From the IMG/VR virus record IMGVR_UViG_3300028844_001691, positions 14,997 to 78,996 of that record: a DNA stretch of 64,000 bases. One strand, written 5' to 3'. The notes under the pieces are model-generated. The model saw nothing but the letters and a program-made list of their open reading frames with translations. It did no database searches and was not told the DNA's origin. This stretch comes from a virus. Both the position numbers and the translations under genes were made by a program. This document shows positions 1 through 9,687 of the stretch, piece by piece. How positions within the stretch are numbered: position 1 is the stretch's first letter; the number at the start of each line of letters is the position of its first letter.

Positions 1-463
1 TTGGACTTTCGTTAGTGAACTTATTGAAGATGATGAGATGGATGAAGAGACATTGGCTAACCTAGTGTCAGGTGCAGTAGGTGAAGGTGTTGGTGTTAAG
101 TTTATGGCTACTATGAAGAACAGTGGTAAACTTCCTAATCCAACTGATGTCTTAAATGGTAAAGTTAAAAAGTTGGATTCAAGTGTTGAAATTAGTGGTA
201 GGTATTCACTTACTGTTTCTATGTGTTACGAACTTCGTGAAGCATACGAAAAAGAAGGTACAAAAGGTATCGAAAAGTTTCATAAACTTGCAGACAACTT
301 CTTTAGGTTTATGATGGATAACTTTGAAACTGAAATGGTTGTACTTGGTGCAAGAGCGGCATTGGTTACATACAAGATCCCATTAAGACCAAAGTATCTT
401 AAGAATTACAAAGAGTTTTATGACAGGTTTGGCAAGTATATTAAAGCCAGTCATAACGCCTAG
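1..463 (+). CDS. MoxR/CobS-like AAA+ ATPase, C-terminal part (5' truncated by window edge)
   Basis: Frame is open from position 2 (WTFVSELIEDDEM..., resembling the end of the PRSW motif of MoxR-type ATPases); lies upstream of a VWA/metallopeptidase gene, the usual partner. Confidence 0.75.
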   Translation, partial: WTFVSELIEDDEMDEETLANLVSGAVGEGVGVKFMATMKNSGKLPNPTDVLNGKVKKLDSSVEISGRYSLTVSMCYELREAYEKEGTKGIEKFHKLADNFFRFMMDNFETEMVVLGARAALVTYKIPLRPKYLKNYKEFYDRFGKYIKASHNA

Positions 464-483
464 TTCTCCTGCTAGGTAACTTA

Positions 484-514
484 GAAAGGGGTGTAAAAAC
501 CCCTTTCATTTTTT
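484..514 (+). terminator. Rho-independent terminator
   Basis: GAAAGGGGT-gtaaaa-ACCCCTTTC 9-bp stem followed by ATTTTTT, just after the ATPase stop. Confidence 0.85.
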
Positions 515-516
515 AA

Positions 517-522
517 TAAATA
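517..522 (+). promoter_or_regulatory. T4-late-like promoter core (TAAATA)
   Basis: TAAATA 6 nt before ATG 529 with no Shine-Dalgarno; the same arrangement recurs in the window. Confidence 0.5.
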
Positions 523-528
523 ATTTAT

Positions 529-771
529 ATGACCGAAAAAGAAATAAAAACACTTCTCACTACAATAAACGATGAAGATTGGATGTTAGTTATATCACCC
601 GATGGTCAATTAAAAACTGTGGTTATGCCTAAAGATAAAAACTCTGTAGCATTTACAATGAAACAGATTCTTGCTATTGCTGAATCTGGTATGGAAGAAG
701 CAGTTTACCAGGAATTTGCTGAAGAATATCCTGCATTAGCTCATAAATTACCTAAAAAAACCATACATTAA
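529..771 (+). CDS. hypothetical protein
   Basis: 80-aa ORF filling the gap between terminator and next promoter. Confidence 0.7.
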   Translation: MTEKEIKTLLTTINDEDWMLVISPDGQLKTVVMPKDKNSVAFTMKQILAIAESGMEEAVYQEFAEEYPALAHKLPKKTIH

Positions 772-774
772 TAG

Positions 775-805
775 TTGACAAATCCTACAAAGATGCTATT
801 ATAAT
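775..805 (+). promoter_or_regulatory. sigma70-type (early) promoter
   Basis: TTGACA 775-780, TGcTATTAT 794-802 / TATAAT 800-805; downstream TAAGTTAAA + GAGG RBS, the same architecture as 26761-26821. Confidence 0.75.
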
Positions 806-832
806 ATAGTAAGTTAAAAAAAGAGGAATTAT

Positions 833-2140
833 ATGTCATTTCAAACAAACAAAACAACTAGTAAAAAGTTCGCTTGTGAAACAGGCTTTGAGACTGATCC
901 ACAATTGGATGCTAAGGTTAGAGAGAAACTAATACAAGCTCGTGTTAGTCTACTTATTAAACACCCTTTCTTTGGTACACTTGCTACAAGGCTTGAACTT
1001 GTAAATGGTGATGATTGGTTGCCAACCGCGGCAACTGACGGCAGACGTTTTTATTACAATACAAAATTTGTTGATGCATTAAGTGTTGGCGAAACTATGT
1101 TCTTGTTTGGACACGAAGTATTACACGTTGTATACGACCATATGGCTCGTTTCACAGACCGTGATAAACAGTTGGCAAATATTGCCGCTGACTATTGTGT
1201 TAATGGTGATTTGATACAAAATACAGTTGGTGATCCTATTACTACTGTAGATATGATACATGATAAAAAATATTATGGTTGGTCATTTGAAGAAGTCTAT
1301 GACGACTTATATGAGAATGCAGACAAAATTGATATTGAAAGCCTACTAGATAAAGTACTTGACGATCATCTAGATGGTGATGGTTCTGAAAGTGGAAAAG
1401 CCACTGAAGGCGAGGGCGACGATAGTTCTAAAGGTAAAAGCAGTGGACGTCCTAAACTTTCAGAAGAAGAACGTAGACAAATTAGAGAAGAAATGAAAGC
1501 GGCTGTAATGGGTGCGGCTCAGAGTGCTGGTTCAGGTAATGTTCCTGCAGGAGTTAAAAGACTTATTGAACAGTGGACACAACCTAAAATGGATTGGAGA
1601 ACATTGCTTCAACAACAAATTGAAAGCACAATTAAAAGTGACTTTACTTTCCAAAAAATTAACAGACGTAGTTGGCATATGGATGCTATACTACCAGGCA
1701 TGAACAATGATGAAAAGATTGATATTTGTGTTGCTTTAGATATGTCAGGTTCTATTAGTAATAAAATGGCACGTGATTTCTTAAGTGAAATAAAAGGTAT
1801 TATGGATTCATATGAAGACTTTAATATTAAAGTATGGTGCTTTGATACTAGTGTTTATGCAGAACAAGATTTTGATCCAAGCAATGGAGAAGAATTAATT
1901 GACTATGTTCCAATTGGTGGAGGTGGTACAGACTTCGAATGTAATTGGGAATATATGAAAGAGAAGGGCATTGAGCCTAAGAAGTTTATTATGTTTACAG
2001 ATGGTTATCCATTTGGTAGTTGGGGCGATGAATTGTATTGTGACACTGTTTTTATTATACACGGTTCTGATCAAATTGTTCCACCGTTTGGAACTTATGC
2101 ATATTATAACCAAATAGAAGATAAAAAGAAAGCGGCATAA
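833..2140 (+). CDS. metallopeptidase (HExxH) + VWA domain protein (DUF2201-like), MoxR partner
   Basis: TAATDG, HEVLH, acidic/Gly-rich linker, MIDAS DMSGS, GGGGTDF and FTDGY motifs. Confidence 0.9.
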   Translation: MSFQTNKTTSKKFACETGFETDPQLDAKVREKLIQARVSLLIKHPFFGTLATRLELVNGDDWLPTAATDGRRFYYNTKFVDALSVGETMFLFGHEVLHVVYDHMARFTDRDKQLANIAADYCVNGDLIQNTVGDPITTVDMIHDKKYYGWSFEEVYDDLYENADKIDIESLLDKVLDDHLDGDGSESGKATEGEGDDSSKGKSSGRPKLSEEERRQIREEMKAAVMGAAQSAGSGNVPAGVKRLIEQWTQPKMDWRTLLQQQIESTIKSDFTFQKINRRSWHMDAILPGMNNDEKIDICVALDMSGSISNKMARDFLSEIKGIMDSYEDFNIKVWCFDTSVYAEQDFDPSNGEELIDYVPIGGGGTDFECNWEYMKEKGIEPKKFIMFTDGYPFGSWGDELYCDTVFIIHGSDQIVPPFGTYAYYNQIEDKKKAA

Positions 2141-2475
2141 TGCGAGAAATTAATCCGTTGAATGTTCTTAATCAAAGAGAAGTTTCTATGATGCCAGAAC
2201 ATTTTACAAAAATTAAACACGAAGTAGATTACTCGTCTGGTAAAACTCACAATGATGTTGTTGATAATATCAAAACTTGGATCTTTAATAATCTAGATGG
2301 CAGGTTTACTGTAACGGATTATGAAAAATCAGATAGCGATAATGTATGGGACGAGTTCGACGACGATGGTCTTAACTCACGTATGTTTGGCGGACTCGAT
2401 TACAAAGTTATGGTTACTATAGGTTTTGAACAACCTGAGGAATCTACATTCTTTTCTTTGGCTTATCAGGGCTAG
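2140..2475 (+). CDS. hypothetical protein
   Basis: 111-aa ORF coupled (TAATG) to the upstream gene. Confidence 0.7.
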   Translation: MREINPLNVLNQREVSMMPEHFTKIKHEVDYSSGKTHNDVVDNIKTWIFNNLDGRFTVTDYEKSDSDNVWDEFDDDGLNSRMFGGLDYKVMVTIGFEQPEESTFFSLAYQG

Positions 2476-2968
2476 ACTTAATCTTTTCTACACTTAAATC
2501 AATGAATGAAGTAATACCATTTTGATTTATAACACAATAAGAAGTAGAATTTAATAGTCTTGTAAAATATTCCTGAGGTATTGAAGTCATAAACAATTCA
2601 GAAAAGAAAACATTTAAATTATGATATTGATTCATTTTGTATTCTTGTGTTTCTGATTTAGGAATACTAAAACCTTTCTCAAGTATGCCTTCCATTATTT
2701 GAGCAAGTGTTAACCATGTATCAGATTGTTCTTTAGCATTGCTCATCCAATCCGCGGATGTTTGACTGCTATCTAATAAGTTTGCCATTGCGGCGTGTTT
2801 ATATTGTAACGTATACAAATAAACGCACCCACCAGCAACATCATAGAAGTATTTTGCTATAGGCTCATTAAATTCTATAGTTTTAGGCGGATTATTTGGT
2901 GTGTATCGTTCTGCTTGTGCCATTAATGGAGTTAGCATAAGGATACATAAAATAACTAATTTTTTCAT
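2444..2968 (-). CDS. hypothetical exported protein
   Basis: N-terminal signal peptide MKKLVILCILMLTPLMAQA; AGGA RBS; TATAAATA upstream on - strand. Confidence 0.7.
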   Translation of the reverse strand: MKKLVILCILMLTPLMAQAERYTPNNPPKTIEFNEPIAKYFYDVAGGCVYLYTLQYKHAAMANLLDSSQTSADWMSNAKEQSDTWLTLAQIMEGILEKGFSIPKSETQEYKMNQYHNLNVFFSELFMTSIPQEYFTRLLNSTSYCVINQNGITSFIDLSVEKIKSSPDKPKKRM

Positions 2969-2986
2969 AGGTTTTTCCTGTGATGA

Positions 2987-3018
2987 TAAATAATAATAGT
3001 AGTATATAACTATTTATA
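2987..3018. promoter_or_regulatory. pair of opposed T4-late-like promoters serving divergent genes
   Basis: TAAATA on + at 2987-2992 and exact TATAAATA on - at 3011-3018, between divergent ORFs. Confidence 0.6.
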
Positions 3019-3032
3019 CAATGGAGGACGTA

Positions 3033-3386
3033 ATGTCAAAAAAACCAAAAACACACCCTGTTGATAAACCAAAAACTGGAATCAACACATCTGGAACAGA
3101 ATCAACTGCACCAGCAACTGCACCTTTACCGGATCAACCTGGTTTAAGTGTAGGTGACCTTAAAAAAATTGTACAAATTGTTCAAATTTGTTCACAACGT
3201 GGAGCCTTTAAAGCAGAAGAAATGAAAACTGTTGGCGAAACTTATACTAATCTTGTAAACTTTTTAGTTGCCACAGGGGCAATTCCAAAAGGTGATGAAC
3301 CTGCACAGACTTCAGACGAAGCACCTGCCGTAGATCCAGCACCAGCACCAACAAGTGATGCAAGTACAGAAGACTCAAAGTCTTAA
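3033..3386 (+). CDS. hypothetical phage protein with low-complexity Pro/Ala/Thr termini
   Basis: GGAGG RBS before ATG 3033; helical core ending RGAFKAEE. Confidence 0.75.
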   Translation: MSKKPKTHPVDKPKTGINTSGTESTAPATAPLPDQPGLSVGDLKKIVQIVQICSQRGAFKAEEMKTVGETYTNLVNFLVATGAIPKGDEPAQTSDEAPAVDPAPAPTSDASTEDSKS

Positions 3387-3403
3387 TTTAAAAGGAGCAA
3401 TCA

Positions 3404-3976
3404 ATGAAACATATTGGTTTACACAAGGACCGCAAGGTCGCAGTAATCTTTAGAACAGTTCCAAATGAAAACCAGAACTGTCTAATTACATATATAGATT
3501 CTTTACCAGAAATTCCTCGTAATGCAATTAACGAATGTTTAGCATCAGCAGATGGACAAAATTCGCCATCATTCTCTGATGCAGTTTATAGATTTAAAAC
3601 TACAATTGGAGATGGCTTACTTAATACTCTTAATGTAGGAAACATGATGGTTAAGGTTCCAACTGCGGAAGTATTTTTAACACCTAACGATAAGTCAAAA
3701 GTACAACTGTCAGAGTTGAATGCAGAAATTGGAGACGATGTTCCACAATCTGAATCACCTTCAACACGTGATGTAAGAATGCCTGCTGATACACAGACAC
3801 CACCTGCAGGAACTCCAGGAGCATTATCCGATGAGCAAATTGCGGCTAGTTTAAGATCTCAAGCGGCAACAATGCAAAAAGAAGCAACCCGTTTGTTAAA
3901 AGAAGCAGAAGAACTACACCCAGCACCAAAACGTGGTAGAGGGCGTCCTTCAAAGACTCCTTCAGCCGTTAATTAA
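3404..3976 (+). CDS. hypothetical protein with C-terminal AT-hook-like motif
   Basis: AGGAG RBS; ends PKRGRGRPSK. Confidence 0.75.
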   Translation: MKHIGLHKDRKVAVIFRTVPNENQNCLITYIDSLPEIPRNAINECLASADGQNSPSFSDAVYRFKTTIGDGLLNTLNVGNMMVKVPTAEVFLTPNDKSKVQLSELNAEIGDDVPQSESPSTRDVRMPADTQTPPAGTPGALSDEQIAASLRSQAATMQKEATRLLKEAEELHPAPKRGRGRPSKTPSAVN

Positions 3977-3987
3977 CGGAGGCGGAG

Positions 3988-4305
3988 TTGACCAATTCAA
4001 CCATTTGGTTATCTCAAATTATACACCACTGGGAGGATTTGTTTGAAGGAGTTGAATATCAGGATATACCTATCCAGTATGTTCAACGAATGGTTATCCA
4101 TCTAAGGAATGGCGAAAACATTGATTTAAACATCAAAGAAGTTGTACAACAACACGGACTTGATTATAAAAAAATGGAAGAAGCCCTAGACGATAAATTA
4201 GCCAAAATTGAAAATAAGATTAAATATGTCGATTGGCATATTGATACATCCAAAGCCGCGGATGTAATTTCCAAAGCAACAAATCAAATCCTAGGAGACC
4301 TATAA
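3988..4305 (+). CDS. hypothetical protein
   Basis: TTG start after GGAGG; abuts thyX. Confidence 0.7.
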   Translation: MTNSTIWLSQIIHHWEDLFEGVEYQDIPIQYVQRMVIHLRNGENIDLNIKEVVQQHGLDYKKMEEALDDKLAKIENKIKYVDWHIDTSKAADVISKATNQILGDL

Positions 4306-4968
4306 ATGAGTAACGTTAAAATCATAAGTTATAGTAAAGCACCTGACAATATCGAATTAGATAATGTGGAGGATCTTATTGCCTTTTGTGCCAGGGTAAG
4401 TAACCCTAGTAATCAAATGAATAAGGAAACTAATTCAAAACTAATTAAGTATTTGATTAAACATAAACACTGGTCACCACTTGAAATGGTTAGTGCTTGT
4501 TTAGAGATTCATACCACACGTGATATTGCACACCAAATTGTAAGGCATAGAAGTTTTGCCTTTCAAGAATTTAGTCAACGTTATGCTAATCCAAACGAAC
4601 AAGCAGAAATGTTTGAATTACGTGACGCAAGGTTACAAGACACAAAGAATAGACAGAATAGTATTGCCACAGAAAATGTAGAACTTATTCATTCATGGAT
4701 TGAAAAGCAACAACAAGTCATCGATAAAGCAAAAGAAGTTTACGATTGGGCTATTGAAAATGATATTGCAAAGGAACAAGCAAGAGTAGTACTTCCGGAA
4801 GGACTTACTAAAACAACTTTGTATATGAATGGTAGTTTACGTTCGTGGGTACACTACATTGAATTGCGTGGTGCTAATGGTACACAACAAGAACATATGG
4901 ACATTGCTCATGCTTGTGCTAAAGTTATCGCAAATATCTTTCCACTTATAGAAGAAATAAATATATAA
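4306..4968 (+). CDS. thyX: FAD-dependent thymidylate synthase
   Basis: ThyX signature RHRSFAFQEFSQRY; HWSPLE; AKEQARVVLP. Confidence 0.97.
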   Translation: MSNVKIISYSKAPDNIELDNVEDLIAFCARVSNPSNQMNKETNSKLIKYLIKHKHWSPLEMVSACLEIHTTRDIAHQIVRHRSFAFQEFSQRYANPNEQAEMFELRDARLQDTKNRQNSIATENVELIHSWIEKQQQVIDKAKEVYDWAIENDIAKEQARVVLPEGLTKTTLYMNGSLRSWVHYIELRGANGTQQEHMDIAHACAKVIANIFPLIEEINI

Positions 4969-4969
4969 T

Positions 4970-5497
4970 ATGAACCAGCAAGAACTTAACAAATATTTTT
5001 CTACAGAATGGCAACCAGAAATGGAAAAGTATGCTTTGTCAGGAATGGATCTTGTACACAAATGTCGTAAAAGAGATTGGGTATTAGATGTTGGCTGTGG
5101 ATATAATCCTTTTAAAGGACACATAAAAAATTTAGTAGCAATAGATCCTGCAAATGATAAAGCAGATGTTGTTACAACTATCGAAGACTTTGAAACAGAT
5201 AGGCTATTTGACGTAGCATTTTGTTTAGGTAGTATTAACTTTGGTGACGAAGCAAAAATTCGTACACAAATTGAAAAACTTATTACACATATGCAACCTT
5301 CATGTAAAATATTTTGGCGTTGTAATCCAGGACGTTTTGACCACGGAAATCTAAATACACATAAAGTTAACTTCTTTAATTGGAGTGAACAGTATCATGA
5401 AACGTTTTGTAAAGACTATGGATTTAAATTAGTAGAACTTGGTACTGAAATACCAGACAACGATAAGGTTAGAATTTATGCAGAGTGGAATAGATAA
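4970..5497 (+). CDS. class I SAM-dependent methyltransferase
   Basis: Motif I VLDVGCG, acidic residue after beta2 (AIDP), FDV motif. Confidence 0.8.
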   Translation: MNQQELNKYFSTEWQPEMEKYALSGMDLVHKCRKRDWVLDVGCGYNPFKGHIKNLVAIDPANDKADVVTTIEDFETDRLFDVAFCLGSINFGDEAKIRTQIEKLITHMQPSCKIFWRCNPGRFDHGNLNTHKVNFFNWSEQYHETFCKDYGFKLVELGTEIPDNDKVRIYAEWNR

Positions 5498-6347
5498 TTA
5501 TCAAGGTGAAGATCTGATAATCATTACAGGTGCTCCTGGTACTAGATGGAGTGCAAGTATACAATCGATTACAAGTCATCCAAGTATTAACTTGTCAGAC
5601 CAAACAGAAGAACGTTCATATGAACGCACTGCATCATACGAAGATGGTAAGAAAGCAGGTATAGGTTGGCATCGTGGAGTATATTTTGGACCATGCCATG
5701 AGTTTGGTGATACGTTTGACGATTTAGAATCCTGGGATAAAAAAAGTTTACTAGAAGAATTTAAAAAAGCATTTAGTGATTGGGACTATGGCATTAAAAT
5801 TGTTAAGAGTCATTGGTTTGCTTATGGATTAGAACATTTACACAAATGTTTTCCTAAGGCTAGAATTATTGCATACTACTTACCAGACGAACTATGTTTA
5901 CAATGGTGGCAAGTTGTAGGTGGATTCGATATAGAATATCCACATTATGATTGGTACAAAAGTCATAAACGTATGCTTGAACAGATTAAAATTGAAAATG
6001 CTTGTTCAATTAAATTTGCCGCTGAAAAGGGTGTACCATTTTTAAGATACAACACTCTTGCTGAAGTACATAAAGCATTAGGAATGGATCCTAGTAAAGT
6101 AAGTTATAAAGATGTATGGGATAGAGATCCTAAAATCCAAACACTAGCAGAACAACTAGGTGATGGTACTTGGGATTTAGATACACAAGAAGGTAGAGAT
6201 GCATATACAAAACATATGCTCGATGACAGAAGTAAAGCCAACATGGCAATGATTTATAACCCAGAGACGACTTATAGCAATCAAATTATTCCACAAAGTC
6301 TAATTGATTCTACAGTCAAAGTTATTAACAAATACGGACGAAATTAA
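5478..6347 (+). CDS. P-loop/sulfotransferase-fold-like protein (paralog of 6723-7442)
   Basis: IIITGAPGTRWS, HRGVYFGP, IVKSH; ATG at 5478. Confidence 0.55.
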   Translation: MQSGIDNYQGEDLIIITGAPGTRWSASIQSITSHPSINLSDQTEERSYERTASYEDGKKAGIGWHRGVYFGPCHEFGDTFDDLESWDKKSLLEEFKKAFSDWDYGIKIVKSHWFAYGLEHLHKCFPKARIIAYYLPDELCLQWWQVVGGFDIEYPHYDWYKSHKRMLEQIKIENACSIKFAAEKGVPFLRYNTLAEVHKALGMDPSKVSYKDVWDRDPKIQTLAEQLGDGTWDLDTQEGRDAYTKHMLDDRSKANMAMIYNPETTYSNQIIPQSLIDSTVKVINKYGRN

Positions 6348-6348
6348 A

Positions 6349-6723
6349 ATGGCTTATAGTAAAAAAGTTTTAGACCATTACGAAAATCCTCGTAATGTAG
6401 GCAAAATGGTTGAAGATAATAATGTTGGAACAGGAATGGTAGGTGCTCCTGCCTGTGGAGATGTTATGCGATTACAAATAAAAGTAAAAGAAGGCGTAAT
6501 CAAAGATGCTTGTTTTAAAACATATGGTTGTGGAAGTGCTATTGCTAGTAGCAGTCTTGTAACTGAAATGGTTAAAGGCATGACATTAGATGAAGCATCA
6601 GCAGTTAAGAATATGGACATTGTGGAAGAACTTGCATTGCCTCCAGTAAAGATTCACTGTAGTGTATTGGCAGAAGATGCCATTAAATCAGCAATAGAAA
6701 ATTATAAAAGTAAGAACGTATAA
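6349..6723 (+). CDS. iscU: Fe-S cluster assembly scaffold IscU
   Basis: MAYSKKVLDHYENPRNVG, GAPACGD, FKTYGCGSAIASSS, LPPVKIHC. Confidence 0.97.
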   Translation: MAYSKKVLDHYENPRNVGKMVEDNNVGTGMVGAPACGDVMRLQIKVKEGVIKDACFKTYGCGSAIASSSLVTEMVKGMTLDEASAVKNMDIVEELALPPVKIHCSVLAEDAIKSAIENYKSKNV

Positions 6724-7442
6724 TGGATGAAAGTAAATTAGTATTTTTCACAGGTGCCCCTGGAAGTAAATGGAGTGCAGTTGCTCATACTATTGCACAA
6801 AGTAACAAGTATTTGTTTGATACTGGTGACTATGCTCCTGATAGACAATATGCTCACAGTGTTGATAAAGATATAGTTGCTCATAACGGAGCATACTTTG
6901 GTCCCGGTTTTCCTTTTGGAGATAGTTTTGACAAAGTTGCAAAACTACCTAAAGATGAAGTTTATAGAGAAATTGAAGACGCATGGATAACACAGAACGG
7001 CGGACTTAAAATTATTAAATGTCATCAGTTTAGTATTGACCTAGCAGATATTCACAGAGAGTTTCCAACAAGTAAAATTATTATTTGTTATAGAAACAAT
7101 GAAGCCTGTGAAGATGGTTGGTTTGGTGCTGGTGGTTTTAACATTCCTTATCCACAATATAAAGAAGCATATACCAATCGAGAAACAATGATTAAAAAGA
7201 TAGCAGAAGAAAATATGCACAACTTGAAGTTCATTAGAGATGAACAACTAGAAATGCACGTTGCTAATCAAGGACACTTTAAAAATTATTGGGGTGTTGA
7301 TATTAACGATAAACTAAATGCTAAATTTGTTAAATTGATTGAAGGTATTCCAATGCATTGGGATAGTAAGTTTTCTGAAACTGTTGCCATAAAGGCAAAA
7401 AATGATGTTCTTATTTCTACATTAGGATTTAAGGAAAGTTAA
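6723..7442 (+). CDS. P-loop/sulfotransferase-fold-like protein (paralog of 5478-6347)
   Basis: FFTGAPGSKWS, HNGAYFGP, IIKCH, W..AGGF.I.YP.Y shared with the paralog. Confidence 0.55.
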   Translation: MDESKLVFFTGAPGSKWSAVAHTIAQSNKYLFDTGDYAPDRQYAHSVDKDIVAHNGAYFGPGFPFGDSFDKVAKLPKDEVYREIEDAWITQNGGLKIIKCHQFSIDLADIHREFPTSKIIICYRNNEACEDGWFGAGGFNIPYPQYKEAYTNRETMIKKIAEENMHNLKFIRDEQLEMHVANQGHFKNYWGVDINDKLNAKFVKLIEGIPMHWDSKFSETVAIKAKNDVLISTLGFKES

Positions 7443-8093
7443 GACTTTATCAAAGTTAGTCTTATTAAAACTTAATTCAAATTTACTACAAACTTTTTTA
7501 AAGTTTTCTTCAGTGAAAAACTTCTCTGGTTCTGTTATGATAATATCATCTTCAGACACAAATCTACTATAATTATCTATAACTCTTTCCAAGTGTTCTA
7601 GCATATGCATATAGTTTCCTTCAAATAAATCATAAAACGTTTTACCTTTTTCTTCAGGGTTAACATAGTACTTGGCACTTGTTTGACAATATCTTGCAAG
7701 TAGTCTAGCCTTGTCTTTTGGTATGATTACTATATGCTTTGCACCTTCAAAGAATGCTTTAGTTTTATCTAAAGGACCATGTAATGCATACATCAAATGC
7801 TTGGGTTGAAACTGCTCAATTGGGCCTTTTAGAGCTTCATATTTGCCCGTATACAGCCCTTGACGTTCTGCCATATCAAGTACAGGGGGAATAGTAAAAC
7901 CGTCTTTAAAGCGTCTATTCCAGTGAAATTTAGTAAAGTTAGCATCAATACCAAATAGTTCTTTTTCAACATAAGGTTGCCAAGGATGTTCTCCATTAGC
8001 AACGTTGTTATACCAAACAACATCATCAGAACTAGCAAGTAATCTACCTACTTGGTGTCCTTTTGCTCCCATTGGTGCACTAATTACTATCAT
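7422..8093 (-). CDS. hypothetical protein, possible P-loop/sulfotransferase-like N-terminus
   Basis: 223-aa ORF starting MIVISAPMGAKGH; ATGA coupling with upstream gene. Confidence 0.6.
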   Translation of the reverse strand: MIVISAPMGAKGHQVGRLLASSDDVVWYNNVANGEHPWQPYVEKELFGIDANFTKFHWNRRFKDGFTIPPVLDMAERQGLYTGKYEALKGPIEQFQPKHLMYALHGPLDKTKAFFEGAKHIVIIPKDKARLLARYCQTSAKYYVNPEEKGKTFYDLFEGNYMHMLEHLERVIDNYSRFVSEDDIIITEPEKFFTEENFKKVCSKFELSFNKTNFDKVLTFLKS

Positions 8094-8812
8094 TTTCTTC
8101 CTTCATAATATAAAATATTATCTTTAGATACTACTTTATCACCTGTTGCAAACCAATCATTATATACGCATATATCTCCCTTAACAATTAGTTCATTCCA
8201 TTCAGATATTTGTACATCACAATAATATCTATCGCCGAGTATTGGCAATGATGCTTCTCCATCCATGCCATGTATGATTTTACTTCTGTATTCTTCTACT
8301 TTATCTATACTATCAAAAACTGTATTAATAGCACAAGGTCCTATTTCTGTCATTCCCCAATTGGACATAAATGTTGCACCTTTGTTTACAAATGCACTTA
8401 TAAGATGCCACGGTACTCTGTCACTACCGCACGTTACCCAAAGTCCTGTTAAGTCTAAGTCTCTCCAGCCTTTAGTTTTTATTATTGCTTTGCCATGGTC
8501 TGGTGTGATATGCGTATGCGTATACTTCGTAACTTCTCTAACAAATCTATAAGCATTAAAATTTTCTATAACAACTTCTGCACCAACACGAATACCAGGT
8601 AAAGTCTGTGCTAACAAACCACCTGCGTGAGTTGTCTTACATATTGTATAAATTTTAGATTTGCTAGTAATCTTTTGACTATCAATAGCAACTTCATCAG
8701 CCGCTTTTAGTTTAGCAGGAGTTTGCTCGATTACTTTTGGAGTTCCTGTTGTGCCACTTGATTGAATACTAGTACCATTGCTGATAATATTTTGAAGTTC
8801 GTCTAGTTGCAT
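8090..8812 (-). CDS. minimal AMP-binding (ANL-family) adenylating enzyme
   Basis: SSGTTGTPK (A3), WGMTE (A5), ATGD (A7), GR hinge at the very C-terminus; only 240 aa. Confidence 0.85.
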   Translation of the reverse strand: MQLDELQNIISNGTSIQSSGTTGTPKVIEQTPAKLKAADEVAIDSQKITSKSKIYTICKTTHAGGLLAQTLPGIRVGAEVVIENFNAYRFVREVTKYTHTHITPDHGKAIIKTKGWRDLDLTGLWVTCGSDRVPWHLISAFVNKGATFMSNWGMTEIGPCAINTVFDSIDKVEEYRSKIIHGMDGEASLPILGDRYYCDVQISEWNELIVKGDICVYNDWFATGDKVVSKDNILYYEGRK

Positions 8813-8816
8813 TTAC

Positions 8817-9143
8817 CTATTCTTTTAACATCTTAGTTTGTTTAACAAACGGAGACTTTGTCTCTTTCTTTTCGTTTATTTTCTTTCTTAAACTATCCCA
8901 AGCAGGGTGTGTAGGAACAAAGTCATATAATTTTTCATCATACTTTAATCTAAGTTCTAATAATTTAAAATCAAATAGCGGTGGGCAAATTGCGTGAAGA
9001 ATACTTGCTATACATAATAACAATAAACTCCATGCTTCTTTTAAACTTACCCATGCGTGTTTGAAATATAGAACAACTGCATTAGTTCCACTATTACCAC
9101 CATGTGCTTCGGCTTGTCTAAGGTGTTTCCAATTAAACCACAT
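8817..9143 (-). CDS. hypothetical membrane protein (DUF6356-like)
   Basis: HL...YFKH...hydrophobic helix...HAICPPLF pattern. Confidence 0.55.
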   Translation of the reverse strand: MWFNWKHLRQAEAHGGNSGTNAVVLYFKHAWVSLKEAWSLLLLCIASILHAICPPLFDFKLLELRLKYDEKLYDFVPTHPAWDSLRKKINEKKETKSPFVKQTKMLKE

Positions 9144-9687
9144 TAGCTCTTACCTCCATGTACATTTCTCTATTAAGTTTCCACACCGATTGTCTAGTAA
9201 AGTATAGTTCCATATCTTTATGATGTTCGACCATTCCTAGTACTTTTAGTCTTTGAAACAAGCGATGTGTCTTGTTCATTTTACCACTAGCATCATTTGT
9301 CATGTTAGTAGTGATATAAATCTCTTTGTCTTCTCCTATAAACTCTAATTGCTTAGGTAATATATGTCTCCATGTTAAAGCATTCATATGATACTTACTT
9401 AAACCAAATCCATAATGTCCAGGTAACTGTACACCTCTAAACATAACTCTCCATGCATTTTCATTTATTTCTGGTAAAGGGTGGCATCCTGCTAGACTTA
9501 ATATATCTCCATAGCCTGCCTCTAACCCACCATAAGAAACACAATGCCATATACCGCCTTGTTGACGTAACCATTCATATTTCATTGCTGAAAAGGTATT
9601 ATTCATATACCCTAGTTCTTCACACTTTTTACAGAAGTTTTGTAGACATAAATCCATTTCAGGAGTTAGTTCTTTAATTTGAAACAT
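9133..9687 (-). CDS. hypothetical protein, possible GNAT-like fold
   Basis: ORF in operon; beta-rich segment LSLAGCH...WRVMFRG; fold call is weak. Confidence 0.5.
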   Translation of the reverse strand: MFQIKELTPEMDLCLQNFCKKCEELGYMNNTFSAMKYEWLRQQGGIWHCVSYGGLEAGYGDILSLAGCHPLPEINENAWRVMFRGVQLPGHYGFGLSKYHMNALTWRHILPKQLEFIGEDKEIYITTNMTNDASGKMNKTHRLFQRLKVLGMVEHHKDMELYFTRQSVWKLNREMYMEVRANVV

